Shown piece after piece: positions 1 through 12,235 of a stretch of DNA of 64,000 bases; positions within the stretch are counted from its first letter, which is position 1, and every line of letters starts with the position of its first letter. Made by a program: the position numbers and the translations under genes. The notes beneath the pieces were generated by a model. The model was not told the DNA's origin and made no database searches. It saw only the letters and a list, made by a program, of their open reading frames with translations. The stretch comes from Hydrurus foetidus (lineage: Eukaryota). The DNA is taken from assembly GCA_900617105.1 (NCBI GenBank), contig UYFQ01000767.1, positions 1 through 64,000 of the forward strand, given 5' to 3'.

Positions 1-2345
1 TCCTGTTTTAGGAGGCATTCTGTTTTACATAGGCGAGACATTGCGTCAGCAATTTCATTTTGTTTTCCCGGGATGTACCCTATCGTATATTCGAGTTCCT
101 GCAGGGCCATACGCCATCTGCCGACCATCTCGTTTTTATCCTTTTCTAGGAACGTAAGATTTTTGTGGTCTGTTAGGATTGTGAATTTACGGTCTCGTAG
201 CAGTGCGTCGAGATAAGTACAGCAATAATATAGCGCGAAGGCTTCTTTTTGTATTACTGACCATTTCAGTTGAGTCTTGGTAAGAGACTTGCTTACGAGA
301 GCGACGAGTTGTTTTTCTCCGTCGACTTCTTGATACAAATAGCCGCCGATCCCGTAATCTGACGCATCGGTCATGAGGGTAATGGGCGCTGTATCGTGTA
401 TGAAATATAATAAAGGACTCTTTGCAATTAGATCTTTTATCTTTTGAAAAGAATTTGCGGCGTCATCTGTCCAGATTAGCATTGATTGCTTTTTCGCGGC
501 GTGATCTATAATTTTGTGCAGTGGTGCGACCACGTTGGAGTGATTTGGTACATGATCCCGAAAATAATTGGTGAGTCCGAGGAACGATCTAAGTTCAGTC
601 GTCTTTCGTGGCATAGGAAAGTCGGTCACACCTCTTATTTTTTTGGAACTCATAGTTATACCTTCTTTAGATATTTGTCTACCGACATATTCAACTATTC
701 GCACATTTAGCTTGAGCTTTGCGGCTTTTAGTGAAATGTTTTTGTTTTCTAGGCGTTGAAAAAGTATTTCTAATCGCTCGCAGAATTGATCAAATCCATT
801 ACCATAAACGATGATGTCGTCGAGGTATACTTCACAGATTTGGTATATTAGTCCTAAAAGGACTATTGAGGCCATCATTTCTTGGAAATATGAGGGGGCT
901 CTTTTGGGTCCGAAAGGTAGTCGGGTAAAGTGGTAGATGCCCATAAATGTTATGAAAGCTGTATACACACGTGTACTTAGAGTTAACGGTGCTTGGTGAT
1001 ATCCTGCTGTGAGGTCTATTACACCGAATGTGTCTGCTTTTTGTGAACCTAATCTTGCTAACATTTGTTTAATATTAGGGATTGGCCAGCTTGCTGATTC
1101 CGTTGCGTCGTTGAGGTGACGATAGTCAATACAGAATCGGTATGAACCGTCTGGCTTTGCCGCGAGTGTTACTTGCGAATAGTATGATGCCTCTGATTTG
1201 ACTATTATACCCTGTTCAAGCATAGTTTCAACTTGTTTTCGGATTTCGACTTGTTTTCGTGTAGACGTTGGTCTGGGTGCTACGCGGTTTTTGAAAACTT
1301 TCCACTCTGGATCCCGTACGGGTAGTCCAAAGGGGGGAATTCGCGCGGGCTCTGGTCCGAGTTTGTTGTTGAATAGCTTTATGTGTTTGACACAAATTGC
1401 TCTAATTTTAGCTTGTTGTTCAGGGGTACCATCGATTTGTATGAGATCGATGAGGTACATTTTGTCCTCTGTTGGATTGTCTTGGAAAGGAGCGAAGGTA
1501 TCCTTCGACTTGTAGTCAATCTCTTCGGGTCCGAAGGGTTGAACCTCTGGGAGTTCTTCACGCTCCCGGAGTAGAGCAGCAACTAAACCACGTGTTTGGG
1601 CTGGTGCCTTGGATGAGGGAGTAGGAGTAGCTAATTCCGGACTCCTGTCGGTTGTTACACCTAAATCATTTTGTCGGGGAGGTGACAACAAAACTGCTGC
1701 CTCGACCGTAGAGTGCAAAATGAACTCATCAGAATCTAGCCTAGCCGCTGCCGCAGCTAAGCTAGTGGGACACCCACATGAAGGAGTGCATGTCTTGCTT
1801 GTACAAGCACCTCGAGCCACCAGGTCGTCTTGCCATCGACTGTCTGTGTCTGAGGGTTTTATCCCCTCCAGGCTAGTTATAACCGGAGGTAAGGTTGGAA
1901 TTGTAATACTCGTAACTGTGTCCGACTCTGCTTCTAGCATGAGTGGAACGTCCACGTGGTTTAATACCATGTTTGTGGATTGATTCAGTTTTTGTAATGA
2001 GTGTATTTTTTCATTTTGGATATTTTCCGGAGATTGGAAGAATTCCGGAATAATTTTAACCAAATTTAGTTTTTTATGGTCTCTAATCCTAAGATTAGGT
2101 CGACTTTGGAATCTTCTGCAATTCGCACCGGAAGAGAAAAAGTGTATTTTAAATCGTTTTTGTTAAATGATACAACAATATCAAGGACAGCAGTGGATTC
2201 AATACATTGATTATTTAGACCCGAACACATCCATATGGGAGAGTCGGTGGTGCGGAGTTGGGTTCACCACGTAGGCCCCGAAGGACTCTACGATTGATTA
2301 CGTCCCCAACCTGACATCCGGTGTCGATTTGGGCTAAGGCGGCCA
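1..2345 (-). CDS. pol: Gypsy pol (aspartic protease, RT, RNase H), partial; frameshift in poly-A near 2072
   Basis: Manual translation gives MCSGLNNQCIE...VDLILGLE, YRFCIDYRHLN, ICEVYLDDIIVYG, LRSFLGLTNYFR and GKQNEIADAMSRLC. Missing from the ORF track because it runs off the window. Confidence 0.92.
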
Positions 2346-2685
2346 TGCCGTTATTTGGGTCCATAGCTGGAGGAAGATTTGGGTGGGGACCGGTCTCGAT
2401 CGCGGCGATCTTTGTCTTTGTCCTTTCCGCTTGGCGCGAGTCGTCTTTGCGGTTGGAGTCGCGGTCGCGGCTGTCAACGCGGTCGCCAAAGCGGTAGCCG
2501 GGGATTGGGTCTGAGGAAGATATATTTTTACTTGTAAGTAATCATCAATCTCGTTAGGTATGATTGTTGATAAAAGCATTTGCATGTTTGGCAAAATACG
2601 ATTTTCGGAGATTTTTGATCACGTTTTCCATACGGTCTTTGATGTCGCGATATCGGAATTCGTTGGACTCATTGTCTTTCTCTTG

Positions 2686-4856
2686 TTACCCGCGGTCTTT
2701 GATGTCGCGAGTATCGCGGTTTTTTGTTGCGATTGTTGTGTCGTTGATTGTTGTGTTTGCGGTCGTTGTTCGCGGTTGTTGACCGTTGTTGTTTGTGCGT
2801 TGTTGTTGCTGTTGTTGCTGTTGTTGTTGTTGTGTGTCTTGGCCTTTGTTTGTTGTTGCTGTTGTTGTTGTTGTTTGTTGTGACTTGCGAGGGTCGTCTT
2901 TTGCAGCGGGACCCATGTCATTTTCGACGTCGTCTGTTGGGTAGACGTATGTTGCCGCGCCAGGATTGTTGGTTGTCCTGGTCATTTCGCCATTGAGTAG
3001 GACGTTTGGGACGAAATGGTCGTGGCCAATTCTCCTGAACTCTGTGGCCAACGTGGATTGACTCCACGTGGTATACGAGTTGTTGCAATGAGGATTCATG
3101 AAATTGCGACAATCGTAGCGATTGTATCCTTGGCGACCGCAGGTGTGGCAATTATCGATTGTTTTGCTCAGACCTGGGTAGGCGTCGGATTCGCGTTTGG
3201 GTATCGTGCGGTAGGAGGCGGAGAGCTGCGTTGTGTTGCTGGACGACAATGAGTCGGGAGTGATTTTGGTCTCGAAGTCGTAACGAAGACCACCCATGTT
3301 GGACGCGTTGATAACTGTTTGCCGAGCTTCACTGAGGCAGAGATTCATTCGGCACAACATGTTTGGGATGGAATCCTTTTTGTTGTTTCTTGTTTTGTCC
3401 TTTGTAATGTTCATGAAGTTTTCAGTGAACTTATTATCAAGAGGGAGCTTTTTGTAGATGATCTTACAGATCTCATGTTGGCGGTCTGCAGGTATATTGT
3501 CGTAGCTGCCGTAGTATCCGAAGAGGATGTCTCGGAGTCGTGCAATTGCCGCCAACTCTACGTTTGGGTTTTGCCATTTGATCTTCATTTGCCAGTTTTT
3601 CAGGGCGAGGTCCAAGTCATAGGTAGACTCTGTGGCGCGATCACTGAAGAAGAGTTTCTTGAGATCGGTGGCCATGTCGCGAATGGACAGGAGTTTGTCG
3701 TCGATGATGGGCCAGGTTTGACACATTTTGATTGTGTATCCGAGAGTCTTTCGATTTTGAAGGAGACTGTCTCGGATCACATGAACAGCTTCGTCTTCGA
3801 TGAGATCCTTCCAAGGTGCATTAAACTGAGGGCGGTGCGCCTGTGTATAGAACTTTCGGGCTGTGCCGTCCATGTCCTTCAGTAATGTCTCACGTGTTAC
3901 ATAGAACACTTCCTTCATGTTGATGAGGGAGGTTGTGAGTGCTTGGGGTGTTCGTTGTTGTTCGAAGACTGTGTCAGCCTCTTCGGTTTTGCGCTTGCGG
4001 TTTGAAGTGGCAGCCGCTTTCGTGGAAGCTGTCGCTGACTGCTTTGCAGCTGCTACCGTTGCTTTGGACGTTTTGGATCTGGTGGCACGCGTGGGTTTGT
4101 CTTCAGATTGGACGGCAGAGAGTTGTTTTGCCTCCCTTGTTTTGGCAAGGGGTTTGATTGGCATAGCCTTTTTCTTTTTCGGTTTTGGTGACGGTGGGGT
4201 TGACGCCTCCGACTCACTTTGATCTTCCTCGTCCGATTTGGACTTGGTATCGTCGGGGTTGTTGTCTTCCTCTCTCTCGTCCTCGTCGTTGGTTTGTTCG
4301 TCTTCCGCCTCTTCCGAGGCGTTGTCAGACACCGAGACGTTATCATCGTCGGAGAGAATTTCCTTCGGAGATATTTTGGTACCGATTTTGTCGTCGCCCT
4401 CTTCCGTTTGAGAAGGATTGATATCCTCTTCTTCTTCGGTTTGGGGTCGGATTGGAGAGCCATCCTCATCTGACTGAGGGTTTAGACTGTGTAAGTCATT
4501 TGTCTCTTGCATCCAGGCTGACAAGTCTTTCAGTTCTTGATCTTCGAGATCAGATCTGTTGTCAGCCTGTTCCTGCAGCACTTCAAGTCGCACGCGATTG
4601 CGTTCACGTTCTTGTTGTAGCTGCAGGAAGCGTGCTTCGTTTGCCGCCAATTCGTCGGATATGCGCGTATGGGTGCTCGAGGCTTTGATAGCCGATTTGC
4701 CCAGCGTCTTCATGGAGTTGGCTATATTGTCTTCCCGAGCGAGACGCTCGAGTTTAGCCTTCTCTTTATCCGATAGGAAGAGGATATTTTGGGGTTTGGA
4801 GCGTTTGGAAGACGAGCTAGCTTCGCTAGAGCTCTCTTTCTTGGTTTTTGGGCCTT
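2686..4856 (-). CDS. gag: Gypsy gag-like protein (acidic N-terminus, degenerate CCHC knuckle, poly-Q tail)
   Basis: 675-aa ORF 2686-4713, open upstream to ~4856. Contains CHTCGRQGYNRYDC and lies directly upstream of pol on the same strand. Confidence 0.8.
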
Positions 4857-5413
4857 AACCATCTTGGAAATTTGGTCGCCGAAATTTCACTGGAACTCTG
4901 CGTCTTGGACAGCGACGGGACTCGGACGCGGTGATTCAGGGAAAAGAGGAGTAGGTAGTTCGAGGGTGAGGAATAGTAGGTTAAGGATGTGGTAGTAGAG
5001 TCAGGGGGATTGGAATGGTTTGGTGCGATTTCGGGAGGAAATCGCAACAAAATTTGGACGTGGGCGGCGGCTTCGTAAGGAACGAAGCTGGGCGTGGGCG
5101 CGTTGGATTTCGTTCGTGAACGAGTTTGGGAGGTGTTACTTGCTTGCAAGTTCCTTTCCTTCGTAAGCCTTCGCGTAGAAGAGCTGCACGATATTTTGGG
5201 AATAAATCGCCAATATTTGAGGTCGCGAACGACTACGATTCAGAGGCTGTCGCGTTGACGAGACCTTTGTAGTATCGTTTGGGGTGGTTTTCACTCTTGG
5301 AGAGTTACTCAACTTGTTGCTCAGACTGTTTTACGGTCGTTGCGGGATTTTTTGTTGGGACGTTTGGTCAACTTGGATCTTAGAGATCGCTAGCTGGTTC
5401 CAAATACCGGTAT

Positions 5414-5630
5414 TGTGGCCTTGCCAGGATCTGGGCACTGGGAGCGGGACGGCTGGGAGCGGGAGCAAGGGAAAGGAAGCTGGGAGAGCTATTGCTATGG
5501 AAACAATGTGGTTAGCTTACAGATAAACACAGCAGGTATCATGGCAATGAATCGGGTGGATCGGATCGTCCTCGATCCGGTCCGAACGTACGCCTGTACC
5601 CGTACAGCCCGTACGGGTGTGCGGGTCACA
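5414..5630 (-). repeat. Putative 5' LTR of the Gypsy element (217 bp)
   Basis: TGTGGCC...GGTCACA inverted termini. The outer edge coincides exactly with truncation of the neighbouring YR reading frame. The partner LTR is outside the window. Confidence 0.65.
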
Positions 5631-6594
5631 CTGGAAAATCCAGGCCTAACCGGTTTGCAATCCAGACCCCCGTTTTGGCCGTAGTGTTGTGGCCGATGTT
5701 TTGCTTTGTGGCCGTAATTGCCGTTCCTGAGGCTGTACATACTAACTCCCGGAAGTATCGTCCTGTCTTTTCAGCTGTAGCGAAGCACGACTCGTATTCT
5801 TCGAGTGCCTTTGTTTCAAGCCTTCCGCTGATGAGTACAACGAGGGTCTCCGGCACGCCTGTGGTTTTGGTGCGCTTGTACCAGATGGTTATTTGGGACT
5901 CTTTTGTGACAGAATCAATTGTTCGGGACACATTTTCCCATGTAATGCCTGCCGCTTCGACAACTCTTGCTGCGAATGATAATGCAATGGCTGCGCACGC
6001 TTAATCATCGAGATTTTCAACAGTTGTAGGCATTTCAAAAAATGTAATTAACTCACCTTTTGTGAACGTCTTCGCCTGTTTAGCTTCCTGTTGCAGTTTT
6101 TCCCATTTTCCGATCTTATCCTCGATTGCGGGCAAAATCTGCTTCAGGTCCTGGTTTCTGCAGTGCTTCCAAAACTTGGAAAACACTGAATTCCAGGACC
6201 TAAAAGACGATGCACGATATCTGTCCTCGCCCTTTTCGTTCTTTTGGCTTTGGGCATTGTTGAAATAATTTAATAGCTTCATTTCCAGCGTTGATCCTGA
6301 ATGATCCGCTCTTGCCGCCTCCAAAAAGTCGTCCAGGCGGTCTTCATACAGCTTCTGAGATCCGAAAGAGTCCATCGCATCGCTCCATTCCCGGCTATTT
6401 TGGCCCTCTTCTCCCCAGATTAAGCTACCGAGAGGTACAAAATCTTTTGGCTGAGGCTCCACCTTCGGCTTCTCTTCCAAATCGTTGTTCATGTCGTCCC
6501 ACCAGTCGTCCGAAAGGAACCCGAAATCCGCCACATTTTCCAGGAGCTCGGCCTGGCTATCCGACAGCATTTCTTGGCTCGTGCATGGTTCCAT
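5631..6594 (-). pseudogene. Crypton-like tyrosine recombinase, in-frame TAA at 6001-6003, truncated by the Gypsy insertion
   Basis: MEPCTSQ...YRASSFRSWNSVFSKF...KQAKTFTKGELITFF*ACAAIALSFAAR(catalytic R box)...KRTKT...QNIGHNT...IANRLGL. The frame stops before the expected H-x-x-R box. Confidence 0.7.
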
Positions 6595-7132
6595 CGTGCT
6601 ACGGTAGCTTAAAATTGTGCTGTATATATAACGCCTAGCGTAGGGTAACGCGTGCGTATATATAGGGCCGGAGCCATTGGTTGGCCTCATTTGGTAGCCT
6701 GTTCCCCACAGCGGTACGAAAAGGATCTCTTTCGTACCCAGGTACGAAAAAAAAATCTGGCCGAAGGGGACTATCCCATAAAGAGTCTTTATAGTACCGG
6801 CTGTATGGAATAGTAATTTCGTTCCGAGACCATAAACCGAGATGTTTTTCGTAACGAGGGCGAAGCCCGAGGTTCGAAATACTTCGAGGTTTATGGTTGA
6901 GTGTACGAACGTTACTTTTATTCCGATGGGTTCATAAAGACCCGTTTCGGTCCTGCGGGCCGAAAAGGAATCCTTTTCGCACATCTTTTTCGTACCGGAG
7001 GTGCGAAAAGAATTCCTTTTCGACCCGCGCGTGAAAACGGTGAAATCTGGCCGGAAGCTCATGACGGGAAAAGGGTCTTTATGAACCTTGAGGGATAAAA
7101 AAAAACATACCCGCCTTTGACTGCATGTATAT

Positions 7133-10100
7133 TTAGAGGATACCAGGAGCTTGCAGAGGGTAGGATAGGTTCTCTGGACCGGAATGAAGAGCAACCGGTT
7201 GGTCCCATATAGTCTTCCAATCATCAATCCACATCACTCATCATGAGAGATGCATGTCTTGTTGCATAGCTACCGTAGATACCAGCATCACATCTTTTCG
7301 AACCTGCGGTTACGATTTGATCGCAGCATTAGATGCACTGCACCTGCGTGCTTGTCATCGCAGCAGTGCTGGTTTTTTTTTAGTCTGGAAATGGCTTTGA
7401 AACGGGAACTCTCAGATGACTTCAGAAAATATTGAAGAAGAAAGAATATGCTCTCTCACTGTCTCAAGGAAATTAGGGGTGTCGAGCCAGCGAGCGAATT
7501 GAACTTCAGCTCCTAGGATGTACCGCTGGTTGGTTACAACGACCTGTAAATGAGGAATTGCACGGCAAGGATCGACAGGCTGCATTCCGCGAATGAACCT
7601 TGCGGATGAAATGAAGGATCTTCGAGACACCATTTCGAGATTTCAATTCGAGAGACCATTGATCAATTTCGAGAACTCATCTCGGCATCAGCACTGACCA
7701 ACCAATATTGTCACATGCAGTCAATCGTTCTCAGAATACAGCTGCAGGCTGTATTATCAACGGTGCCGGCCAAGGGATGAAGATCTCTGTCAGAATTTTC
7801 AATTGCGCAAAGGGTTTCAAATATCGTCAATTTTCGTCAGGCGCATTATCATCCTCGTTGGAGATTCCCTTCTCTCCTTACGCTAGGCGGCTGGACGGAC
7901 GAGACAAGAGGTGGCGAGATTCGGACTACCCACTTGTTTCAAGTCTTCTGTTGTAACTAAAAAGTATCATTCAGGGATCGACCTCGCGACCACTGACAAT
8001 ACTGCCTTTGAGAACTAGGTGTGCTACCGATAGACAACCGACCCGTGTGGACTGTGGCGAAGTTGTGTTTACCATAGTCAACGAAACAAAAAATTCAAAT
8101 ACAAAGGAAGTGCGAAAAGAGGAAAGTCAAGCAAAAATACTGTGAGGTGGGGATCACTGGAAAAATGAATAAGTGAATAAAGATATTGAATTAGAATACC
8201 ATTGAAATCACCTCTTTGCTCTTTCTACTCGAGGCGAAATTGAATTATTCTTCGAGAGATAAAAGGAGAAGCACCGTGATTCGGAATACAGAATATTATG
8301 TGTTTTTATGTACTCATACAAAACATCGGATGTTATTCCGTCTTTCCCCGACTTTTCCCCGGTCACGCTAAAGTGAGGGAAGATGATCAATGGAAACTGA
8401 ATATGCGATTAAAGACATGAGATTAGAATTCTACAGAAATAGCTTTTCCCTTCTTCCTACTCAAGAATAAAGGAGGGAAAAATATGAAGTGGATCTATGC
8501 CGCACCAGACACTGAACAAACTATTCCGCATGAAAGTTTCCACAGTGCGAAAAACACTTCCTGAAATTATTGCGCATTATGATAAGAACTGCATAGCAAG
8601 TGATGAAGAGGCGGAATAAGATTAGGGACTGACGTAGAAAAGAAGAATTGAGGAAAGCTGAAATAAATGTTATAATTATTCATATGAAATAATATGTGAC
8701 GGACGAAAAGAAAGGCTGTGGCGCATAGATGAGAAGAAGAACGGGGAATATGCTCGTTGAAAAATCCAGACTTAAAGATCAGATGGCGAGGAGGTATGGG
8801 GGGCGTCATCGCCACTGACGAAAACCTCACTTAATTTAAAGATCTGAGGTCAACGGACACAATAAATAGAAATATTTTACTAACTGGACATTAAAAATAA
8901 AAATAAAATAAAATAAATAGACTGTCACACGCTGTGGATCAGGGCAGTATGATGCCGCACGATATATTGTAGTGCAGTATGATATTGATGCAGATCAGGG
9001 ATGCCACACGATACATGGCAGTGCAGTTTGATATTGAGGCAGATCAGTGCAGTATGATGCAGCGCAGTGCGTATGCGGTAGCCCACTGTAAAGTGGAGCT
9101 AAGTGGAAGGTGTCCAAAGAGAGACCATCCCCATAGAGAAGCACCAACGAGAGACCACGGCGAGAGGCAGTGGATTGTTCACCATAACGAAGGCCAGTCC
9201 ATCAGGGGGGATGCACATGGACCCTGCGAGGCATATCAGGGGAATGATCAGCACCTCGGAGTTGCTCTGCAGTAGCGCTCATTGAGCTGACCTCTTCAGC
9301 ACCTCTGTAAGTACGGCAGCGTACGAGCTGCGGGGGAATTGGGCGAGGAAGGATGGCTCCAAATTGATGGCGAGTCTGAGGAGCACGAGGAGGCGTCACC
9401 AAATGGTTTGCAGATCCTTGAAAGGGGCGTGGAATGTCTGGTAGCACAGCCTTGATTGTTTCCCCATTCTCGAGCGCAAGAACACGACGGGCATGTCAAC
9501 AGCCTGATGCAGTGCCTTTACTCAAGAAGGCTGTACTGTTGTGGGCCGCGCGGCGAACAATCTACCCAGGTGAGGGTGTATTGTTATACATAAATCGTAG
9601 GCGATCATAGTTGAGATAAGTTGATTCGAACTTTCGGCACCATAATGTTGGTGGTGTGCGATTGCGTTGATGCTTTGTGGATTCAACACGATCAATCGAA
9701 GTTGAATCCACACCCTGCGTAAGCAAAGAATGATGTGTATCATTCGAATGCGTACAACATAGCATTGATGGGTGTGTCTGTCTGCGCATGTGTGACAAGT
9801 GGCGTCTGACGTATACCGTCTACGGTAGACTGGTATACACCGTCTGAGGCCAGGGAGCCGAAGATAGCAGACTGTCTTGGTGGGACAGTCGTCTCATGCG
9901 CAAGAAACAGCCCCGTAGTGTTGTTTGGTGTGTTAGCTATGGGTGTGACTGTCTGTACATGTGTGATGTACAGCCGTGCGCGTCAGGTGTGTGTACTGTC
10001 TGTAGCCCAGTACATGCTGCTACGGCTGGTTACACGTGTACAAGAAACAGCCCTGTAATGTATTAATGCAGTCTATGTACTTGTGACAAGCTTGATATGA

Positions 10101-12012
10101 CAAGCCTCTGATTGCACTTGTGTTATAGCACCTTGCACTGTCTACGGCACTTGATTGTGCAGCCGTAGAAACAGCCTGACTATGAAAGTGAGTAATAGTC
10201 CTGCCGTCACATTGACGGTAGAAAGCTCAGTGCATTGTATGTGTGTGTGCTATAGCCGCGTGGTATACTGTAGGTGTCAGTATACTACGCGGCTATAGCA
10301 CTGGTAAGGGCCCAAGCACTCGAGTGCAAAGCCCTTACCATTATCATATAAGAGAGCAGTGACTCACCATACCCGCACCAATATCGATTTACCAGAAATA
10401 ATGCGCGCTTCTTGGCTATCTCTGCGGCAGAGCCAGCACTTTACTTGTTGGGACAGTGCGAGGGGTGATAGAGGGCGCTGAGGTGTTGGGGGTGTCAGCG
10501 CAAGCCATGAAAGGCAGAGTGGGAAGAATGCGAATTAGTGTCATTGATTAGATGTTCCGCCACTCAGGGGTTATATCGACAACTGGAAGGCCCTTGGAGT
10601 GCAGAAAAAAGCTTCAGTAAACTTTAAAAAAAAAAGAAAAAAAGAAATGTGATGAAAGTACCAAGGAAGTGGAGATGGAGCCGACTTGATAACGGGACGC
10701 ATGCAGAGACACCACTTTCATGCTGAGGGTGGTAAAGGTGGCGTGTATGTCCAGGTGTGAGTTAGCTGCTCGAATCGGAGGAGTGTATGGGATCGCGTCT
10801 CGATTTAACCATGTAGTGGGGAGTTTCTTAGTGAATCTACCTTTAGTGGCAGGTCCGACCAAGTAGTGCCGGGTCATGGATGAGTGGGATTACAGAGGAC
10901 AGGATCACGCGAGAGCTGAGGGTGATGAGGAGATTTTAAGTGTCGATAAACACGACGGGAGCCGCGTCGTTGGAACGGTATCCCAAGCGATGACTCTAGA
11001 TCGCTATTTCTCAGTGATGGGGGCATCACTTACAGCGCGCACAAGGTCTCCTACAGGACGATATTAGGGACGTGGGAACTACACAGCGGAGTCTCGACAG
11101 CACGACTAAGAGAAGACACATGCGCAACGGAGACAACTGTTTATGGAAACGACACAACCTGTAGCGCCCTAGGTGGTGGTGGGTGAAGGGCTTATCTGGG
11201 TCCACGGTCCATCCTATGCAAGCGCAGCCGACTGACTCGGTGGCTACGCGGATAGGATTGACGTGCACTAGCAGGCGCACGTGTGTCGCCAACCGTAGAA
11301 CAACTCACAGGAGTAATTAAACAATTCATTATCACAAGTACCTCACCGATTTGAGGGTTGTTTATAAGGCCAACCCTCTAACCGGAGGGTACGGCATCAT
11401 ACGACCGGGTAGCGGCATGAATGCAGCGGAATAGAATTAGAGGATACCAGGAGCTTGCGGAGGGTAGGATAGGTTCTCTGGACCGGAATGAAGAGCAACC
11501 GGTTGGTCCCATATAGTCTTCCAATTATCAATCCACATCACTCATCATGAGAGATGCATGTCTTGTTGCATAGCTACCGTAGATACCAGCATCACATCTT
11601 TTCGAACCTGCGGTTACGATTTGATCGCAGCATTAGATGCACTGCACCTGCGTGCTTGTCATCGCAGCAGTGCTGGTTTTTTTTGACCCCGTAGCCAACC
11701 ATTCCTACCTAAGATTTTTGTGTAAATGTGTTTTGTCTGACCGCATGCGCGCCAGCCGGTGAAGGGCTTATCTGGGTCCACAGTCCATCCTATGCAAGCG
11801 CAGCCGATTGAGTCGGTGGCTACGCGGATAGGATTGACGTGCACTAGCAGGCGCACGTGTGACGCCAACCGTAGGACAACTCACAGGAGTAATTAAACAA
11901 TTCATTATCACAAGTACCTCACCGATTTGAGGGTTGTTTATGAGGCCAACCCTCTAACCGGAGGGTACGGCATCATACGACCGGGTAGCGGCATGAATGC
12001 AGCGGAATAGAA
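7133..12012 (+). mobile_element. Decayed Ngaro/PAT-type tyrosine-recombinase retrotransposon with split direct repeats A1-B1-A2-B2
   Basis: A1 7133-7381 matches A2 11437-11684 and B1 11182-11436 matches B2 11758-12012 (near-identical). A frameshifted YR C-terminal remnant DDIRD/RGNYTAES at ~11057-11095 matches DDRRDRGNY of the intact element. Confidence 0.85.
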
Positions 12013-12235
12013 CTCTCTCCGTCCCTCTGTCCTCTGTCCACTGTCCTCTGTCTCTCTAATCATCACTATATCCCACATGCTTGACGATGCCGAAGCGCAT
12101 AATGTCTTCCGAATTCATCAAGCCATGGTTTACGGCATAGAGGAGTCAGCACTTCACGCGATGTTGATGCTTCTCGCGGTGCAAGTGGCACAAAATTCTT
12201 ATCATTAGTTACCGAGGGAAATTAGTATCGGTTCA

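Larger units (their letters stand above)
1..5630 (-). mobile_element. Ty3/Gypsy LTR retrotransposon (5' LTR, gag, PR-RT-RNaseH; continues beyond the left edge)
   Basis: Minus-strand order gag > protease (AQIDTGC ~2310-2333) > RT (RFCIDYR, DLTAGYHQ, LPFG, YLDD ~815-829) > RNase H (TDASDYGIGG, TDHKNL, ADAMSR). Putative LTR at 5414-5630. Confidence 0.93.

Noticed and set aside
6595..7227. N-terminal half of the 408-aa ORF
   Set aside because: It crosses the boundary into the A1 repeat of another element and looks non-coding; the likely start is MEPCTSQ at ~6594.
10170..10230. Possible hammerhead ribozyme (stem followed by GAAA)
   Set aside because: The required CUGANGA core is not present before the stem.
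11685..11757. Spacer as a tRNA gene (tRNA-sized, starts GACCCCGTAGCC)
   Set aside because: No D-loop GG, T-loop or acceptor-stem pairing can be formed.
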